Assembly: GCA_963709875.1 (NCBI GenBank)
Contig: CAVPYB010000012.1
Span: forward strand, 392,320-456,319
Source of the DNA: an uncultured Chloroflexia bacterium
GTDB taxonomy: Bacteria; Chloroflexota; Anaerolineae; Anaerolineales; UBA4823
Direction of reading: 5' to 3'
DNA: 64,000 nt
The first letter of the stretch is position 1. Every line of letters starts with the position of its first letter. The position numbers and the translations under genes are program-made. A model generated the notes under the pieces. It saw only the letters and a program-made list of their open reading frames with translations. It made no database searches and was not told where the DNA came from. Shown in pieces: positions 9,597 to 20,914 of the stretch.

Positions 9597-10400
9597 TTGA
9601 ACGGCATCGCTGACAGCACACTCCCGCTGGTATCTATCGTCACCCCCTCGTTCAACCAGGCGCGCTTCCTGGAGGATACGATCCAGTCTGTGCTGGAGCA
9701 GGACTATCCGCGCATCGAATATATCATTGTCGACGGCGGCTCTACGGATGGCAGCCTGGAGATCATCCAGCGTTATGCGGGGCAGCTGGCCTGGTGGGTG
9801 TCGGAGCCGGATAAGGGACAGACGGATGCCATCAACAAGGGTTTTGCCCGCGCCAATGGAGATATCCTTGCCTGGCTGAACTCGGATGATACCTACCAGC
9901 CCGGGGCAGTGCGCGAAGCAGTCGAATATCTGGGATCTAACCCGCAGGCCGGCATGGTTTACGGCGATGCCAACCTGATCGATGAAAGCGGTCAGGTCAT
10001 CGGTCAGTTCCCCGCTGCGCAAACCGATTACCACCGTCTGCGGCGCGGCTACGTGCACATCCCCCAGCAGGCTGCCTTCTTCCGCGCCGATCTTTGGCGT
10101 CAGGTGGGTCCGCTGGACCCTAGCTTTTATTTCGCCATGGATTACGACCTGTGGGTGCGACTGGCACGTCTTGCCCGGCTGGACTACCATCCCCGGCTGT
10201 GGGCGAACTTCCGCCTGCACAGCGGCGGCAAATCACTGGTTGCGGACGACCGCTGCTGGCCTGAGATGCTGCGCGTCCACCGCCGCGAAGGTGGCAGCTG
10301 GTTCTCATGGCTGGTCTTCAAAGCCAAAATACGACCGCTGCTTTACGGCTGGCTGCCCATGCGGGCACGCCTATGGCTGCGGCAGAAGCTGTCCTTCTAA
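9597..10400 (+). CDS. glycosyltransferase family 2
   Basis: VSIVTPSFNQARFLEDTIQSVLEQDYPRIEYIIVDGGSTDGS...WLNSDDTY; TTG start 4 nt after the sulfotransferase stop. Confidence 0.75.
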   Translation: MNGIADSTLPLVSIVTPSFNQARFLEDTIQSVLEQDYPRIEYIIVDGGSTDGSLEIIQRYAGQLAWWVSEPDKGQTDAINKGFARANGDILAWLNSDDTYQPGAVREAVEYLGSNPQAGMVYGDANLIDESGQVIGQFPAAQTDYHRLRRGYVHIPQQAAFFRADLWRQVGPLDPSFYFAMDYDLWVRLARLARLDYHPRLWANFRLHSGGKSLVADDRCWPEMLRVHRREGGSWFSWLVFKAKIRPLLYGWLPMRARLWLRQKLSF

Positions 10401-10436
10401 GCTGCTTACAGTATAGTGAGTTGCACTCTTTCCGGC

Positions 10437-10465
10437 TTGACAGCCCTATCTGAATATGGCAGAAT
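10437..10465 (+). promoter_or_regulatory. candidate sigma-70-type promoter (TTGACA - 17 nt - CAGAAT)
   Basis: TTGACA at 10437-10442, 17-nt spacer, CAGAAT at 10460-10465; lies in the only sizeable gap of this part of the locus, ~70 nt upstream of an AGGAG-preceded ATG at 10533. Confidence 0.3.
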
Positions 10466-10532
10466 GCCTCCATCCGTGGCTTAAACCACCGGAAAGGCAT
10501 ATCAAAGTTGGTATTTACAGTAGGAGTGATAA

Positions 10533-12176
10533 ATGAGTTTTTGGAACGGTAATAAACCTTTCCTGATTTCAGCAGCAGTGATACTGCTGGTGTTTGTTTT
10601 CGCTGGCAGCGGCTGGATGCAGGTTGCACTGGCTGATCGGCAGGCAGATGTTTAGCAATCGGATGACAGCGGCACAGCGCCCGAGAGCCCAGAGCTCACC
10701 AATAACGTGTTCGTGCCGCTGATGTTCACCGACCACCCCTGGGAATCACCATTCGGGGTCGAAGCCAACCTGCCGCTGCTGGACTCGAACACCCTGCTGC
10801 CGCGCGCGACCGATCTGCAGCTCGGCTTAGCCAGGATGGGCTATCATATCTCCTGGCGCAAACTGCAGCCAAACCCGGGTGACCCGATCCAATGGGGCTT
10901 GTTGGCTACCTTCGAAGATGAGCTGCGCGGGCTGAAAGCTGCCGGCATCCGGCCGGTGGTGGTGATTAAAGACAGCCCCTATTGGGCGCTCGACCCGGTA
11001 AAAGCGCGTGATGGGAATGGGAACCTGACCTCCTGCGGGGCGATCGATGAAGATTATTTCGACGAGTTCGCCGCCTTTATCACCCAGATAGTCAAGAAGT
11101 ACAACACCGCCGAGTTCAATGTCCTGGACTGGGAGCTGGGCAACGAGCCGGATGTCGACCCCACCGCAGTGCCGCAGAATTACCAATTCGGATGTTGGGG
11201 GGATAAAGATGACCCGTATTACGGTGGAGAACATTACGGCCGCATGCTGATCGCTGTCGCGCCAGCCATCCGGAAAGCAGACTCGCGCGCCCGCATCTGG
11301 ATCGGCGGCTTGCTGCTCAACAGCCCCAACTCAGCCTCGAGCAGCAGCATGACCACACTGCTGCCCCGGGACATAGAAGCGTACCGGAATACACCTTACC
11401 TCCCTGCCGAAACCAGTGCCAGTCTGCCAGAACTTTTCTTCGAAGGCATCCTCAAAGCCGGAGCAGCGCCCCACTTCGACATCGCAGCGTATCATTGGTA
11501 TGCCACCTATTGGGATTTCCTGGGTACTGGAACTCGCTACGATTGGGACCTGTGGCCGCAAAACCAGTGGTATTCCTGGGGCGGCGGGACGGTGGGCAAG
11601 GCGCGCTTCCTGCGCCAGACCATGGCCGCTTACGGCGTCGATAAGCCGCTCGTGCTGAACGAGACCGGTTTCGGCTGCAAAGAAGACCCCACAAAACCTG
11701 ATTACTGTGATGCCCCGGGTAACCTGTTCTTCGAATCGCAGGCCAACCACCTGATCCGCTACTTCATCCGCGGCCTGAGTGAAAATGTCGGCGGCTTCGT
11801 ATGGTACACGCTCAACGGTCCAAGCTGGCGCAACGTCGGTTTGCTGGATGGGAGCAGCCCGCCCATGCCCAGGAAATCCTATACCGCTTTCAAGCAGCTC
11901 TCCGATATCCTGCAGTACGCCCGCTACCGCTACCCGGTCAGCTACGACCCTGCCATCGAAGGATATGCCTTCAAGAGCGGCTCGCAGCACGTGCACGTCC
12001 TGTGGGCTAAAGAAGATCAGACGGTTGAATTCTTCGTCCCCATAAACAAATTCATCCGCGCTGAGCGGTGGGATGGCTCGATCCTTTACGATCTATCCAA
12101 CCCGCCTCCAATCGTGGGCTCGGATTATCGGCTGGAGGTCGGCTTCAGCCCGATCTATCTCGTGCGCTATCCTTAA
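10533..12176 (+). pseudogene. clan GH-A (TIM-barrel) glycoside hydrolase with signal anchor, interrupted by an in-frame TAG
   Basis: ATG 10533 (AGGAG 8 nt upstream) encodes MSFWNGNKPFLISAAVILLVFVFAGSGW..., a TM anchor. In-frame TAG at 10653-10655. The same frame continues into the 489-aa ORF carrying DWELGNEPD (acid/base) and LVLNETGFG (nucleophile) motifs. Confidence 0.6.
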
Positions 12177-12209
12177 TGTCGAGAAGACAACAATTCAGAT
12201 CTTGATCCG

Positions 12210-14946
12210 ATGGGGATTTCTCCCTCCAGAGTTCCGCCTGCGATGAATAGTAAGCGGTTTGTATATGCATGTCTGCTTATTCTGGCTGTCGTCTTCGTCA
12301 CAGTCAGACCCGGGCGCTGGCAGCCCATATCGTCCCATGCTCAGGCGGCGCAAGTCCGCGAGCTTCTGCCCGCCAGCGCACAGCCCGATTCGCCCCTCTT
12401 CTTTCCGCAGGTTTTCAATCCAGACCGTATCGTCCAAGATGAGACGATATGGGCGCACAGCACCCCACCCGCAGCTTCCGAGGTGGTGCTCTTCCGGCAC
12501 AGCTTCACGCTGGAAGAGACAATGAGCCGCGCCGAGCTGCACCTGTTCGCCGATACCCGCTATGAAGTCTGGCTGGATGGCAGCTGGGTCGGGCGCGGGC
12601 CGGCTCGCTTTTCGCGCTCCCTGCACGAGTACGATATCTACAATCTGGGGGGCCTCCCGCCAGGCGAACACCTGCTGGCAGTTCTGGTGCAGTGGGCGCC
12701 AAATACCCGCCGCTCGGAAAGTGAAGTCCCCCACCTGACTCGGTCACGTCCAGGGAGAGGTGGGCGGCAAGGTCAGCATCCACGCCAAAACCGGTCCCGA
12801 GTGGGTAAGCCACCCATTCAGCGCCTGGCAGCAAAACGCGGCTCCGGTACACGCCTGGGGGTTGATCGGACCAACCGAGCTGCTCGACCTCCGAAGCCTG
12901 CCCGCCGATTGGAACCAGGCCGGATTTGACGACACAACCTGGAGCCCCGCTGTGCCGGTTGGCACTGCCGATAGTGCTTACCGGCCGCGCAGCATCCCCC
13001 AGATCATGGAATTGCCGGTCATCCCGGTCGTTATCGATGCGGGGATGATCTCGTCTGGGTACCGGTGGGGAGAAATCACACCTCCCATTTCAGACCCATA
13101 CGCCCAGGTTTTTTCCAATACCGTCCCGGCGTCCCTCACCCTCCAGGCGTTAGGTATCCCCGGTGAGACCGCCGCCGTTATCCGGTTGGACGGCAGCCCG
13201 CTGACCTGGATGGGTGTCGGTCCAGATCGTCCCGACGTGTATGCAGCCCAGGCAGTGCTCCAGCCGGGGGAGCACCAGCTCTCCTTCGAGGGCATCCCCT
13301 CCCGCGGCATGACCTTTGCCGTCTCAGCGCAGGACTTCGAGTACCCTCAGCTTCCCTTCGAGCAGGGGTTGCACGCCGGTCGCAGGACACTCCTGGCTGA
13401 CCTGGATAGCGACTTCAGCCAGGTAGGCATCACAACCGCACCTGATTTGCAGCTTGATTTCGCCCACCTCCCCGGCTATGCGGTGCTAGACCTGGGCAGG
13501 ACGGTGTCGGCAGGCTGCAGGCGGTGGTGGAAGGTCCGCCCGGAACCATCATCGATATTGGTTGGGATGAGCGCCTGACCGGCAGCTCGCAGCGCCCGCT
13601 GCCCTACCCTGGCAGCCTGCACCCCGAATGGAATCAGGTCGAACTCGTGGGTGCTGGACGGAAGCCTGCGCTCGGTCAACACTATCGATGCACGTGCTGG
13701 CAGATATCTCCTGATCGCAGTATGGGGGGACGGACCGGTCAAGATCAAGGATATCAAGCTGCTGGAAGAGTACTATCCGGCAGCGGTCGTGGGCAGTTTC
13801 ACTTCAACGAATCCCAGGCTGGAGCAGGTCTGGCAGGTCGGGCTGGACACATTACGACCCAATATGCTGGATGGCTATACCGATACTCCCTGGCGTGAGC
13901 GTGGGCAGTGGTGGGGTGACGCTTATATCGCCGACCAGGTCAACCGGGTTTCTTTGGGAGACACCCAGGTGCTGAAGCGCGGCTTGAGTTATATGGCTGG
14001 CGCCTTTTCGAGCAGCGATTCCCCTGAGCGGGCTCCAAACAACAGCGGGACCCATATGCTCGACTTCAGCATGCTGTGGGTGGCAAGCCTGAGCGAGTAT
14101 ATCCGCCTGACCGCCGACCGACCATTCCTAAGGGAGACGTATCCGGTCCTGCAGCAGTTCCTCGCCCATCTGGAAACATTCGAAAACAAAGACAGCGGTC
14201 TGCTGGATTTGCCCCCTGCTCACTGGTCGCAGACGGCATATATCGAATCGCTCGGTTATCACAGCCGCTATGGAATATCCACCGCACTCAACGCGATGTA
14301 TTTCCACACCCTGCAGCAGGCCGCTTATCTGGCAGACCAGGCTGGCGACCCGCAGAGCGCAGCAAAGTGGACAGGCAAAGCTGCCGCAGTGCTGCAGAAG
14401 ACCAACGATCTGCTGTACCTGCCGGCTGAGGGGCGCTATGCTACCCATATCTACCAGGGGGTTACCTACCCGCCCACTCCGCACGCCCAGGCCTGGGCGC
14501 TGGCATACGGTCTGGTGCCATCCCAGCACGTTAGCAAGGTTGCGGATGCCCTGCTCGAGCTGTTATCGGCAGATCCTTCCGCGCCTAACCTGGATGTTTA
14601 CGGCATGTACTGGGTATTGGAGGCATTGGGAAAAAGCAGCAAGGTCTATGAAGGACTTGGGATAATTGAAAAATACTACGGTCACATGCTCGATCGCGGC
14701 GCAACGACATGGTGGGAGCGTTTCGATGCCGACCAATCCTATACCGCCAGCCTGTCCCACGTCTGGGGCGGCTCTCCGACCTGGTTTTTAAGCACCTACG
14801 TCCTGGGCGCGCAGTGGCAAGGACCGGGCACATGGTCGGTAAGACCGGCATTTAGCGGTGTATCTCGTGCGGCAGGCCGCATACCGATCGATGATGGATA
14901 TCTCCAGGTGGGATGGGACGCGCAGCCGCAGCCAGGGCTCTCTTGA
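12210..14946 (+). pseudogene. alpha-L-rhamnosidase (GH78-like), about 3 frame disruptions
   Basis: Pieces 12210-~12735 (frame 0), ~12745-~13505 (frame 1), ~13510-~13640 (frame 0) and ~13645-14946 (frame 1) read as one protein. N-terminal signal MNSKRFVYACLLILAVVFV, rhamnosidase N-domain LHLFADTRYEVWLDGSWVGRGPARF, catalytic six-hairpin region DTPWRERGQWWGDAY...WGGSPTWFL. Confidence 0.65.
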
Positions 14947-14980
14947 GATTTCCTCTTCCACAGGGACCAGGGGTGAAATC

Positions 14981-15879
14981 ATGATCTCAGTTAAAGAGCC
15001 GATCCTGGAGGCTATCCTGGACGGTACAATTGTATGGGGTAAAGGCATACCCTTGCACTGGGTGGTATTCGTTTTACACGTTCGATACCCTGATCTACCA
15101 CGAACGGGTGCTGTATCTCTGGCAGTTCTGGCCTGTCCTGCTGGGCAAGCTATGGCCTGCTGCATTTCTGACACTCCTTTATTCTGGCCTGGCGTATCAT
15201 TCAATCAGGGGATCGGCACAAAGGTGGCAGGATCTACCTTGGCTATATTGGGGCTTCAGCGCCGCCCTTATCCTGGCAAGCTGGAGCATCATTCTTTAAA
15301 GTATGGACCTACGACAACGCCTATTTGCCCGCCTGCATTGGATTCGCACTACTGTCCGGTCTGGCATTTGGCGGCATGATGTCATATAGCAGGGAAGCTG
15401 GTTTTTCCCGGTTATATCGAAGCATGATACCACTTCTTGCAAACTCACTTCTCCTCATCCAGTTAGGATTATTCTTCTACAATCCTATGCAACAGGTTCC
15501 GACATCTGAATCTCGTGAGCAGACAGAGAATTTCATCCAATTCGTCCAAAATCTTCCGGGCAAGGTCTGGGTTTTTAGCCACACAGAGTATGGCTATCTT
15601 GCTGGCAAGGGCTCTTACTTCCATAGCGTGCCTTTCGGAGATATCGTCGGCGGGAAAACACCACCCACTGGAACTGACACCTATTACCGCAGAGAGATGG
15701 CTGCGAGCGTTTTTCAAAACGTGATAGCAGAGCAATATTTCGATTGGATCATTGTCGATAAGCTGGAACCTTTTTGGGAGCCATACTACACAGTTGTTGA
15801 GGATCTACCCTATGAGTTCTATCCGGTGACGGGTGCGACCACCCGCCCGCAATTCTTAATGACCAGAGCCTATGAATAG
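14981..15879 (+). pseudogene. membrane protein remnant resembling the C-terminal half of a GT-C transferase; frame-disrupted
   Basis: Hydrophobic reading in frame 0 (15030-15299, WYSFYTFDTLIYHERVLYLWQFWPVLLG...) continues in frame 1 (from ~15297, FFKVWTYDNAYLPACIGFALLSGLAFGG...). It ends in a soluble domain patterned like the C-termini of the neighbouring GT-C proteins. The true start is uncertain. Confidence 0.4.
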
Positions 15880-17401
15880 CAGGATCACGGATAATTATCT
15901 GGCGAGAGATATCAGTAATGACATGCTATTTCAGCGGTATTTTTCGCTGGTATACCTGCTCGTTACATCGGCAGCCCTGTACGCCGTGTTGTCCCAGTGG
16001 GCATACGATGACCCGTTCATCACCTACCGCTACGCCGACAACCTGGCACGTGGTTTGGGATTTGTCTATAACCCGGGCGAACGCGTCCTGAGCACCACCA
16101 CACCGCTGTTCGCCATGCTGCTGGGGATTCTGCACTTCGTCTCCCCCGATCTGCCGCGGACTGCCAACCTGATCGGTGCGGTCAGCCTGGCGCTGGGCGG
16201 GCTGTTCCTGTGGGATCTATCCCGCACCTGGAAAACCCCGATCGCCGGCTGGGCAGCCCTGCTGCTGTACCCGACCTTCACCCTCCCGGCAGTAACGCTT
16301 GGCTCTGAAACACCCCTCTATATTGCCCTCTGCCTGGGGTCGTTTGCATTCTATGCCCGCCAGCGCTATTACATCACAGCAGTATTTGCAGCCCTGGCAG
16401 TCCTCACCCGCCCGGATGGAGTGCTCGTCCCGATTGTCCTGGGCGCGGATTACCTGCTGCGCATCCGCAGACCGGTTCCATGGAAAGCAGCCCTGCTCTT
16501 CCTCTGCCTGGTCGTGCCCTGGTTTGTGTTCGCCTGGGTCTATTTCGGCTACCCGCTGCCGGCTACCCTGGTTACCAAGCAGCAGCAGGGGACGATGGCA
16601 GTCAGCCAGACTTTTGGCCCCGGAGTTATCTCGATCATAGGCTGGTACCTGGATGGCTGGCAGTACTGGCTCGAAACGATACTGGCGATCGCCGGCTTAT
16701 ATTGGCTGGTGCGGTATGCCCGGCAGTGGTCCCTGGTGCTGGTCTGGACGGTGCTGTACTTCGCCGCGTATTCGCTGCTGGGAGTATCGCGCTACTTCTG
16801 GTACTATGCACCGCTGGTCCCGGGGTTTATTGTGCTGGTTGGTTTAGGGTCAGAAGCCCTCTTCAACGCCGTTAGAAGGATTTGTGCCAGCAGGCAGCGG
16901 GAACAGGATAATGAGAACCAATCTCCCCAGACCAGCAGTATTTCCACCTGCCAGCGGCTATCCTACTTGTTCGTTGGGCTGCTGCTGGTAGGGATCACTG
17001 CTGCTCAGGCGGTGGATATCTGGAAGCTAAAGTTAAACCACGACCCACGCTCCACAGCGTACAAGGTAGTGGGAGAGTGGATCAAGGGTAACACACCTGA
17101 GGATGCCGTCGTCAGCAGCCTGGAGATCGGGATTATCGGCTATTATGCGGACCGCAGGATGGTGGATTTTGCCGGGATCCTGCAGCCGGATGTCGCCGGA
17201 CAGCTGGACAGCAGCGAGAATTATGACCGTGCCGCCATCTGGGCGGTAGAAAACTATACCCCGGATTACGTGGTGCTGGTTAAAGGTGATCTGCGCACTC
17301 TCAGGCAGGGCTACCTGGCGGAGCACTGCCTGCTCGAAAAACACTTTCAGAGCGACGTAACGGGGTACGCCGAGAATACAAACATCTATGCCTGCCGTTA
17401 A
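15872..17401 (+). CDS. GT-C fold membrane glycosyltransferase
   Basis: 509-aa polytopic ORF; first loop YDDPFITYRYADNLARGLGFVYNPGERV (acidic pair), >10 TM segments, soluble C-terminal domain. Confidence 0.6.
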   Translation: MNSRITDNYLARDISNDMLFQRYFSLVYLLVTSAALYAVLSQWAYDDPFITYRYADNLARGLGFVYNPGERVLSTTTPLFAMLLGILHFVSPDLPRTANLIGAVSLALGGLFLWDLSRTWKTPIAGWAALLLYPTFTLPAVTLGSETPLYIALCLGSFAFYARQRYYITAVFAALAVLTRPDGVLVPIVLGADYLLRIRRPVPWKAALLFLCLVVPWFVFAWVYFGYPLPATLVTKQQQGTMAVSQTFGPGVISIIGWYLDGWQYWLETILAIAGLYWLVRYARQWSLVLVWTVLYFAAYSLLGVSRYFWYYAPLVPGFIVLVGLGSEALFNAVRRICASRQREQDNENQSPQTSSISTCQRLSYLFVGLLLVGITAAQAVDIWKLKLNHDPRSTAYKVVGEWIKGNTPEDAVVSSLEIGIIGYYADRRMVDFAGILQPDVAGQLDSSENYDRAAIWAVENYTPDYVVLVKGDLRTLRQGYLAEHCLLEKHFQSDVTGYAENTNIYACR

Positions 17402-17464
17402 ATCACATCCATCAACCCCAAACCCCTCTCTACAATCAAAATTCCATCTCAGGAGCGTTCAGAC

Positions 17465-18028
17465 ATGCAGCTAATACCCACCAGCATCGCTGATGTACTA
17501 TTGATCGAGCCGCGGGTATTCAGCGATGAACGCGGCTTCCTGATGGAGACTTACCGCCAGCAGCGCTACAGCGAAGCAGGTGTCGGAGAGTGTTTTGTTC
17601 AGGATAATCACTCGGGGTCACGGCAGAACACCGTGCGTGGCCTGCACTACCAGATATTCCAGGCGCAGGGCAAGCTCGTCCGGGTGATCGCAGGCGAGGT
17701 CTTCGATGTTGCTGTCGATCTGCGCCGCAGCTCGCCCACTTTTGGGAAGTGGCATGCAGCGAATTTATCGGCGGAAAACAGGCTGCAGTTATGGATTCCG
17801 CCGGGTTTTGCGCACGGGTTTTACGTGCTCAGTGAATGGGCTGAGATCATCTATAAAACGACCGATTATTATGCGCCCGAGTGGGAGCGTACGCTGCTCT
17901 GGAACGATCCCGATATCGGCATCTCCTGGCCGGTCCCGCAGGGCACCGCACCCATCATCTCGGCGAAAGACGTGCTGGGCAAGAACTCTGCACGAAGCGG
18001 ATACTTACGAATGAAAGGAACACGCTAA
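17465..18028 (+). CDS. rfbC: dTDP-4-dehydrorhamnose 3,5-epimerase
   Basis: DERGFLMETY, RGLHYQ, GKLVRVIAGEVFDVAVDLR, FAHGFYVLS - canonical RmlC motifs. Confidence 0.95.
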   Translation: MQLIPTSIADVLLIEPRVFSDERGFLMETYRQQRYSEAGVGECFVQDNHSGSRQNTVRGLHYQIFQAQGKLVRVIAGEVFDVAVDLRRSSPTFGKWHAANLSAENRLQLWIPPGFAHGFYVLSEWAEIIYKTTDYYAPEWERTLLWNDPDIGISWPVPQGTAPIISAKDVLGKNSARSGYLRMKGTR

Positions 18029-19114
18029 ATGGAATCTATACTGGTAACCGGGGGAGCCGGGTTCATCGGGTCAAATTTCGTCCATTATCTGCTCGGCGCA
18101 GAGCCGGATATCAGGGTCATCAACCTGGACGCACTGACCTACGCGGGCAGTCTCGAGAACTTGAAAGAGCTGCCCGACCCCGAGCGCCACATCTTCGTCA
18201 AGGGCGATATCTGCGACCGCCAGCTGCTGGACGAGCTCCTCAAGCGCTACCAGATCAGTACAATAGCCCATTTTGCCGCTGAGAGCCACGTCGACCGCTC
18301 GATACTGGGTCCGGAGCAGTTCATCCAGACCAATATCATTGGCACGTTCACCCTGCTCGAGGCCATACGTAAATACTGGCTCGAGGAGCAAGCCTTCTCT
18401 CTGGATCAGGTGCGCTTCCACCATGTCTCCACCGACGAGGTCTTCGGCTCACTGCTGCCGGACGACCCGCCATTTTCAGAGACCACACCCTACGCGCCGA
18501 ACTCTCCGTACGCAGCCTCAAAGGCTGCCAGCGACCACCTGGTGCGAGCATACCACCATACCTACGGACTCCCGGTGAGCATCACCAACTGCTCCAACAA
18601 CTACGGGATGTACCAGTTCCCGGAAAAGCTCATCCCGCTCATGATCCTCAACGCGCTGGATGGTCGCCCACTACCGGTTTACGGCGATGGCCGGCAGATA
18701 CGGGATTGGCTGTATGTCGAGGATCACTGCGAGGCGATCTGGCTGGTCATCCGCCGCGGCACCCCAGGAGAGACCTATAATATTGGCGGCAACAACCAGC
18801 CGGTCAATATTGAGGTTATCCAGACCCTGTGCGACATCCTGGACGAGCTGCAGACAGAATCGCCCCACGTACCGCACGCTTCCCTCATCCAGCATGTGGT
18901 CGACCGTCCAGGGCATGACCGGCGCTATGCCATCGATATCAGCAGGATAAGCAGCGAGCTGGGCTGGCAGCCAAGCCAATCCCTGACCAGCGGTCTGTTG
19001 AAAACTGTCCAGTGGTATCTTGACCACCCGGATTGGATCGATGCGATCCGCAAGCAGCAAACCTACCAGGGTTGGCTGGATCAGAATTATCAGAAAAGGG
19101 GACAACAATCATGA
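18029..19114 (+). CDS. rfbB: dTDP-glucose 4,6-dehydratase
   Basis: [37 protein letters not shown], extended SDR; abuts rfbC. Confidence 0.95.
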   Translation: MESILVTGGAGFIGSNFVHYLLGAEPDIRVINLDALTYAGSLENLKELPDPERHIFVKGDICDRQLLDELLKRYQISTIAHFAAESHVDRSILGPEQFIQTNIIGTFTLLEAIRKYWLEEQAFSLDQVRFHHVSTDEVFGSLLPDDPPFSETTPYAPNSPYAASKAASDHLVRAYHHTYGLPVSITNCSNNYGMYQFPEKLIPLMILNALDGRPLPVYGDGRQIRDWLYVEDHCEAIWLVIRRGTPGETYNIGGNNQPVNIEVIQTLCDILDELQTESPHVPHASLIQHVVDRPGHDRRYAIDISRISSELGWQPSQSLTSGLLKTVQWYLDHPDWIDAIRKQQTYQGWLDQNYQKRGQQS

Positions 19115-19986
19115 AAGGTATCATCCTGGCCGGCGGGCGCGGCACCCGCCTCTTCCCACTCACCATCTCGATCAGCAAACAGCTGCTGCCAGTTTACGAT
19201 AAACCGATGGTGTATTACCCGTTATCGATGTTGATGCTGGCCGGGATCCGCGATATCCTGGTGATCAGCACACCCGAGGCGCTGCCCGCGTTTCGCTGGC
19301 TGCTGGAGGATGGCAGCCAGTGGGGGTTGAAGTTCACCTATACCGAACAGGCCGAACCGCGCGGCCTTGCGGACGCCTTCCTGGTCAATCCGGACTTCCT
19401 GGAAAACCAGCCGGTGTGCCTGATCCTGGGCGACAACATTTTCTACGGCACCAGCCTGCCGGAAAAAATGCGTGCGGCTGCCGAACTTACGGAGGGAGCC
19501 CTGATCTTCGCCTATTCCGTGCGCGATCCGGAGCGCTACGGCGTCGTGGATTTTGACGAAAATGGCATCGCGGTGAGCATCGAAGAAAAGCCGGCCAACC
19601 CACGCTCCCATTACGCGGTCCCGGGGCTGTATTTCTATGACAATCAGGTTTATGCGCATGCTTCGGCGCTCGAACCTTCACCACGCGGCGAATTGGAGAT
19701 CACCGACCTCAACCGCAAGTATCTGAAACATGGGAAGCTGCATGTCGACGTGATGGGGCGTGGTATCGCCTGGCTGGACGCCGGCACGCACGAATCGCTG
19801 CTCCAGGCGGCTAACTTCATCCAGGCAGTCGAAGATCGCCAGGGTATGATGATCTCTTGCCCCGAAGAGATCGCCTTGCGGATGGGCTATATCGATAAGG
19901 AGCAGTTCCGCCACCTGGCAGAGAGAATGAACAATAACGAATACGGCAAATATTTGCTGCGCATTCTGCATGAGGAGTTTTCTTGA
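19111..19986 (+). CDS. rfbA: glucose-1-phosphate thymidylyltransferase
   Basis: [18 protein letters not shown]...[12 protein letters not shown]; ATG 19111 overlaps the rfbB stop (ATGA). The ORF-track start at 19033 is an upstream extension. Confidence 0.95.
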   Translation: MKGIILAGGRGTRLFPLTISISKQLLPVYDKPMVYYPLSMLMLAGIRDILVISTPEALPAFRWLLEDGSQWGLKFTYTEQAEPRGLADAFLVNPDFLENQPVCLILGDNIFYGTSLPEKMRAAAELTEGALIFAYSVRDPERYGVVDFDENGIAVSIEEKPANPRSHYAVPGLYFYDNQVYAHASALEPSPRGELEITDLNRKYLKHGKLHVDVMGRGIAWLDAGTHESLLQAANFIQAVEDRQGMMISCPEEIALRMGYIDKEQFRHLAERMNNNEYGKYLLRILHEEFS

Positions 19987-20888
19987 CACTGGGCAGGAAA
20001 TCGTATCGCCTTCTTCTGCTGGGTAAAAACGGACAGCTGGGCTGGGAGCTCCAACGCACGCTGGCGACCCTGGGAGAATTAATCTGCCTGGGACACCCGG
20101 AGATCGACCTCACTCAGGCCGACCAGATCATCCTTACCCTGCGCCAGGTAAAGCCGCAGGTGATCGTCAACGCGGCCGCTTATACCGCAGTCGATCAGGC
20201 AGACAGCGAACCTGAGACCGCCGGAGCTATAAACGCCGCCGCACCGGGTATCCTGGCTGAACAGGCCCAATCTCTGGGAGCGGCTCTGATCCACTACTCC
20301 ACCGACTACGTATTCGATGGAAACAAAGATCAGCCATATCGTGAGACGGACCGGCCGATGCCTCTGGGGGTGTACGGGCAGAGCAAGCTGGCGGGCGAAA
20401 ATGCCATCACAGAGATCGATGGCGCATACTTGATCCTGCGCACCAGCTGGGTGTACAGCCTGAGGAGGGACAGCTTCGCCCGGAAAGTCCTGCATTGGTC
20501 GCGCCAGCAGGAGACTCTGCGGGTGGTCGCCGACCAGGTGAGCGGCCCGACCTGGGCGCGCATGCTGGCTGAAGTGACCGCACAGTTGCTGGCAGCCGCA
20601 GGCACGGACCCGCCCGGCTGGATCAGGGAGCACCGCGGCCTGTACCATGCTGCTGGCGACGGTCACACCAGCCGATACGAGTGGGCACAGGAGATACTGC
20701 GCCTGGACCCCAGGCGAGATGAGCAGATCGCCAGGCAGATCCTACCCGCCCAGACTGCCGAGTTCCCAACACCAGCCCGGCGACCCCTGTACTCCGCATT
20801 GAACTGCGAGCTGTTTACCAGCACGTTCAATCTGCGATTGCCAGATTGGCAGGCAGCGCTGGCGCTGGCATTAGCCGGTGATCCCTGA
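19983..20888 (+). CDS. rfbD: dTDP-4-dehydrorhamnose reductase
   Basis: [25 protein letters not shown]-like, [17 protein letters not shown]; TTG start overlaps the rfbA stop. Confidence 0.9.
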   Translation: MTLGRKSYRLLLLGKNGQLGWELQRTLATLGELICLGHPEIDLTQADQIILTLRQVKPQVIVNAAAYTAVDQADSEPETAGAINAAAPGILAEQAQSLGAALIHYSTDYVFDGNKDQPYRETDRPMPLGVYGQSKLAGENAITEIDGAYLILRTSWVYSLRRDSFARKVLHWSRQQETLRVVADQVSGPTWARMLAEVTAQLLAAAGTDPPGWIREHRGLYHAAGDGHTSRYEWAQEILRLDPRRDEQIARQILPAQTAEFPTPARRPLYSALNCELFTSTFNLRLPDWQAALALALAGDP

Positions 20889-20914
20889 TCGACCCCGACC
20901 CTAATCTACGCACA

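Noticed and set aside
10653-10655. TAG as pyrrolysine or programmed read-through
   Set aside because: The window has no pyl genes or read-through context, and the position is a poorly conserved linker. A nonsense mutation or base-call error is the simpler explanation.
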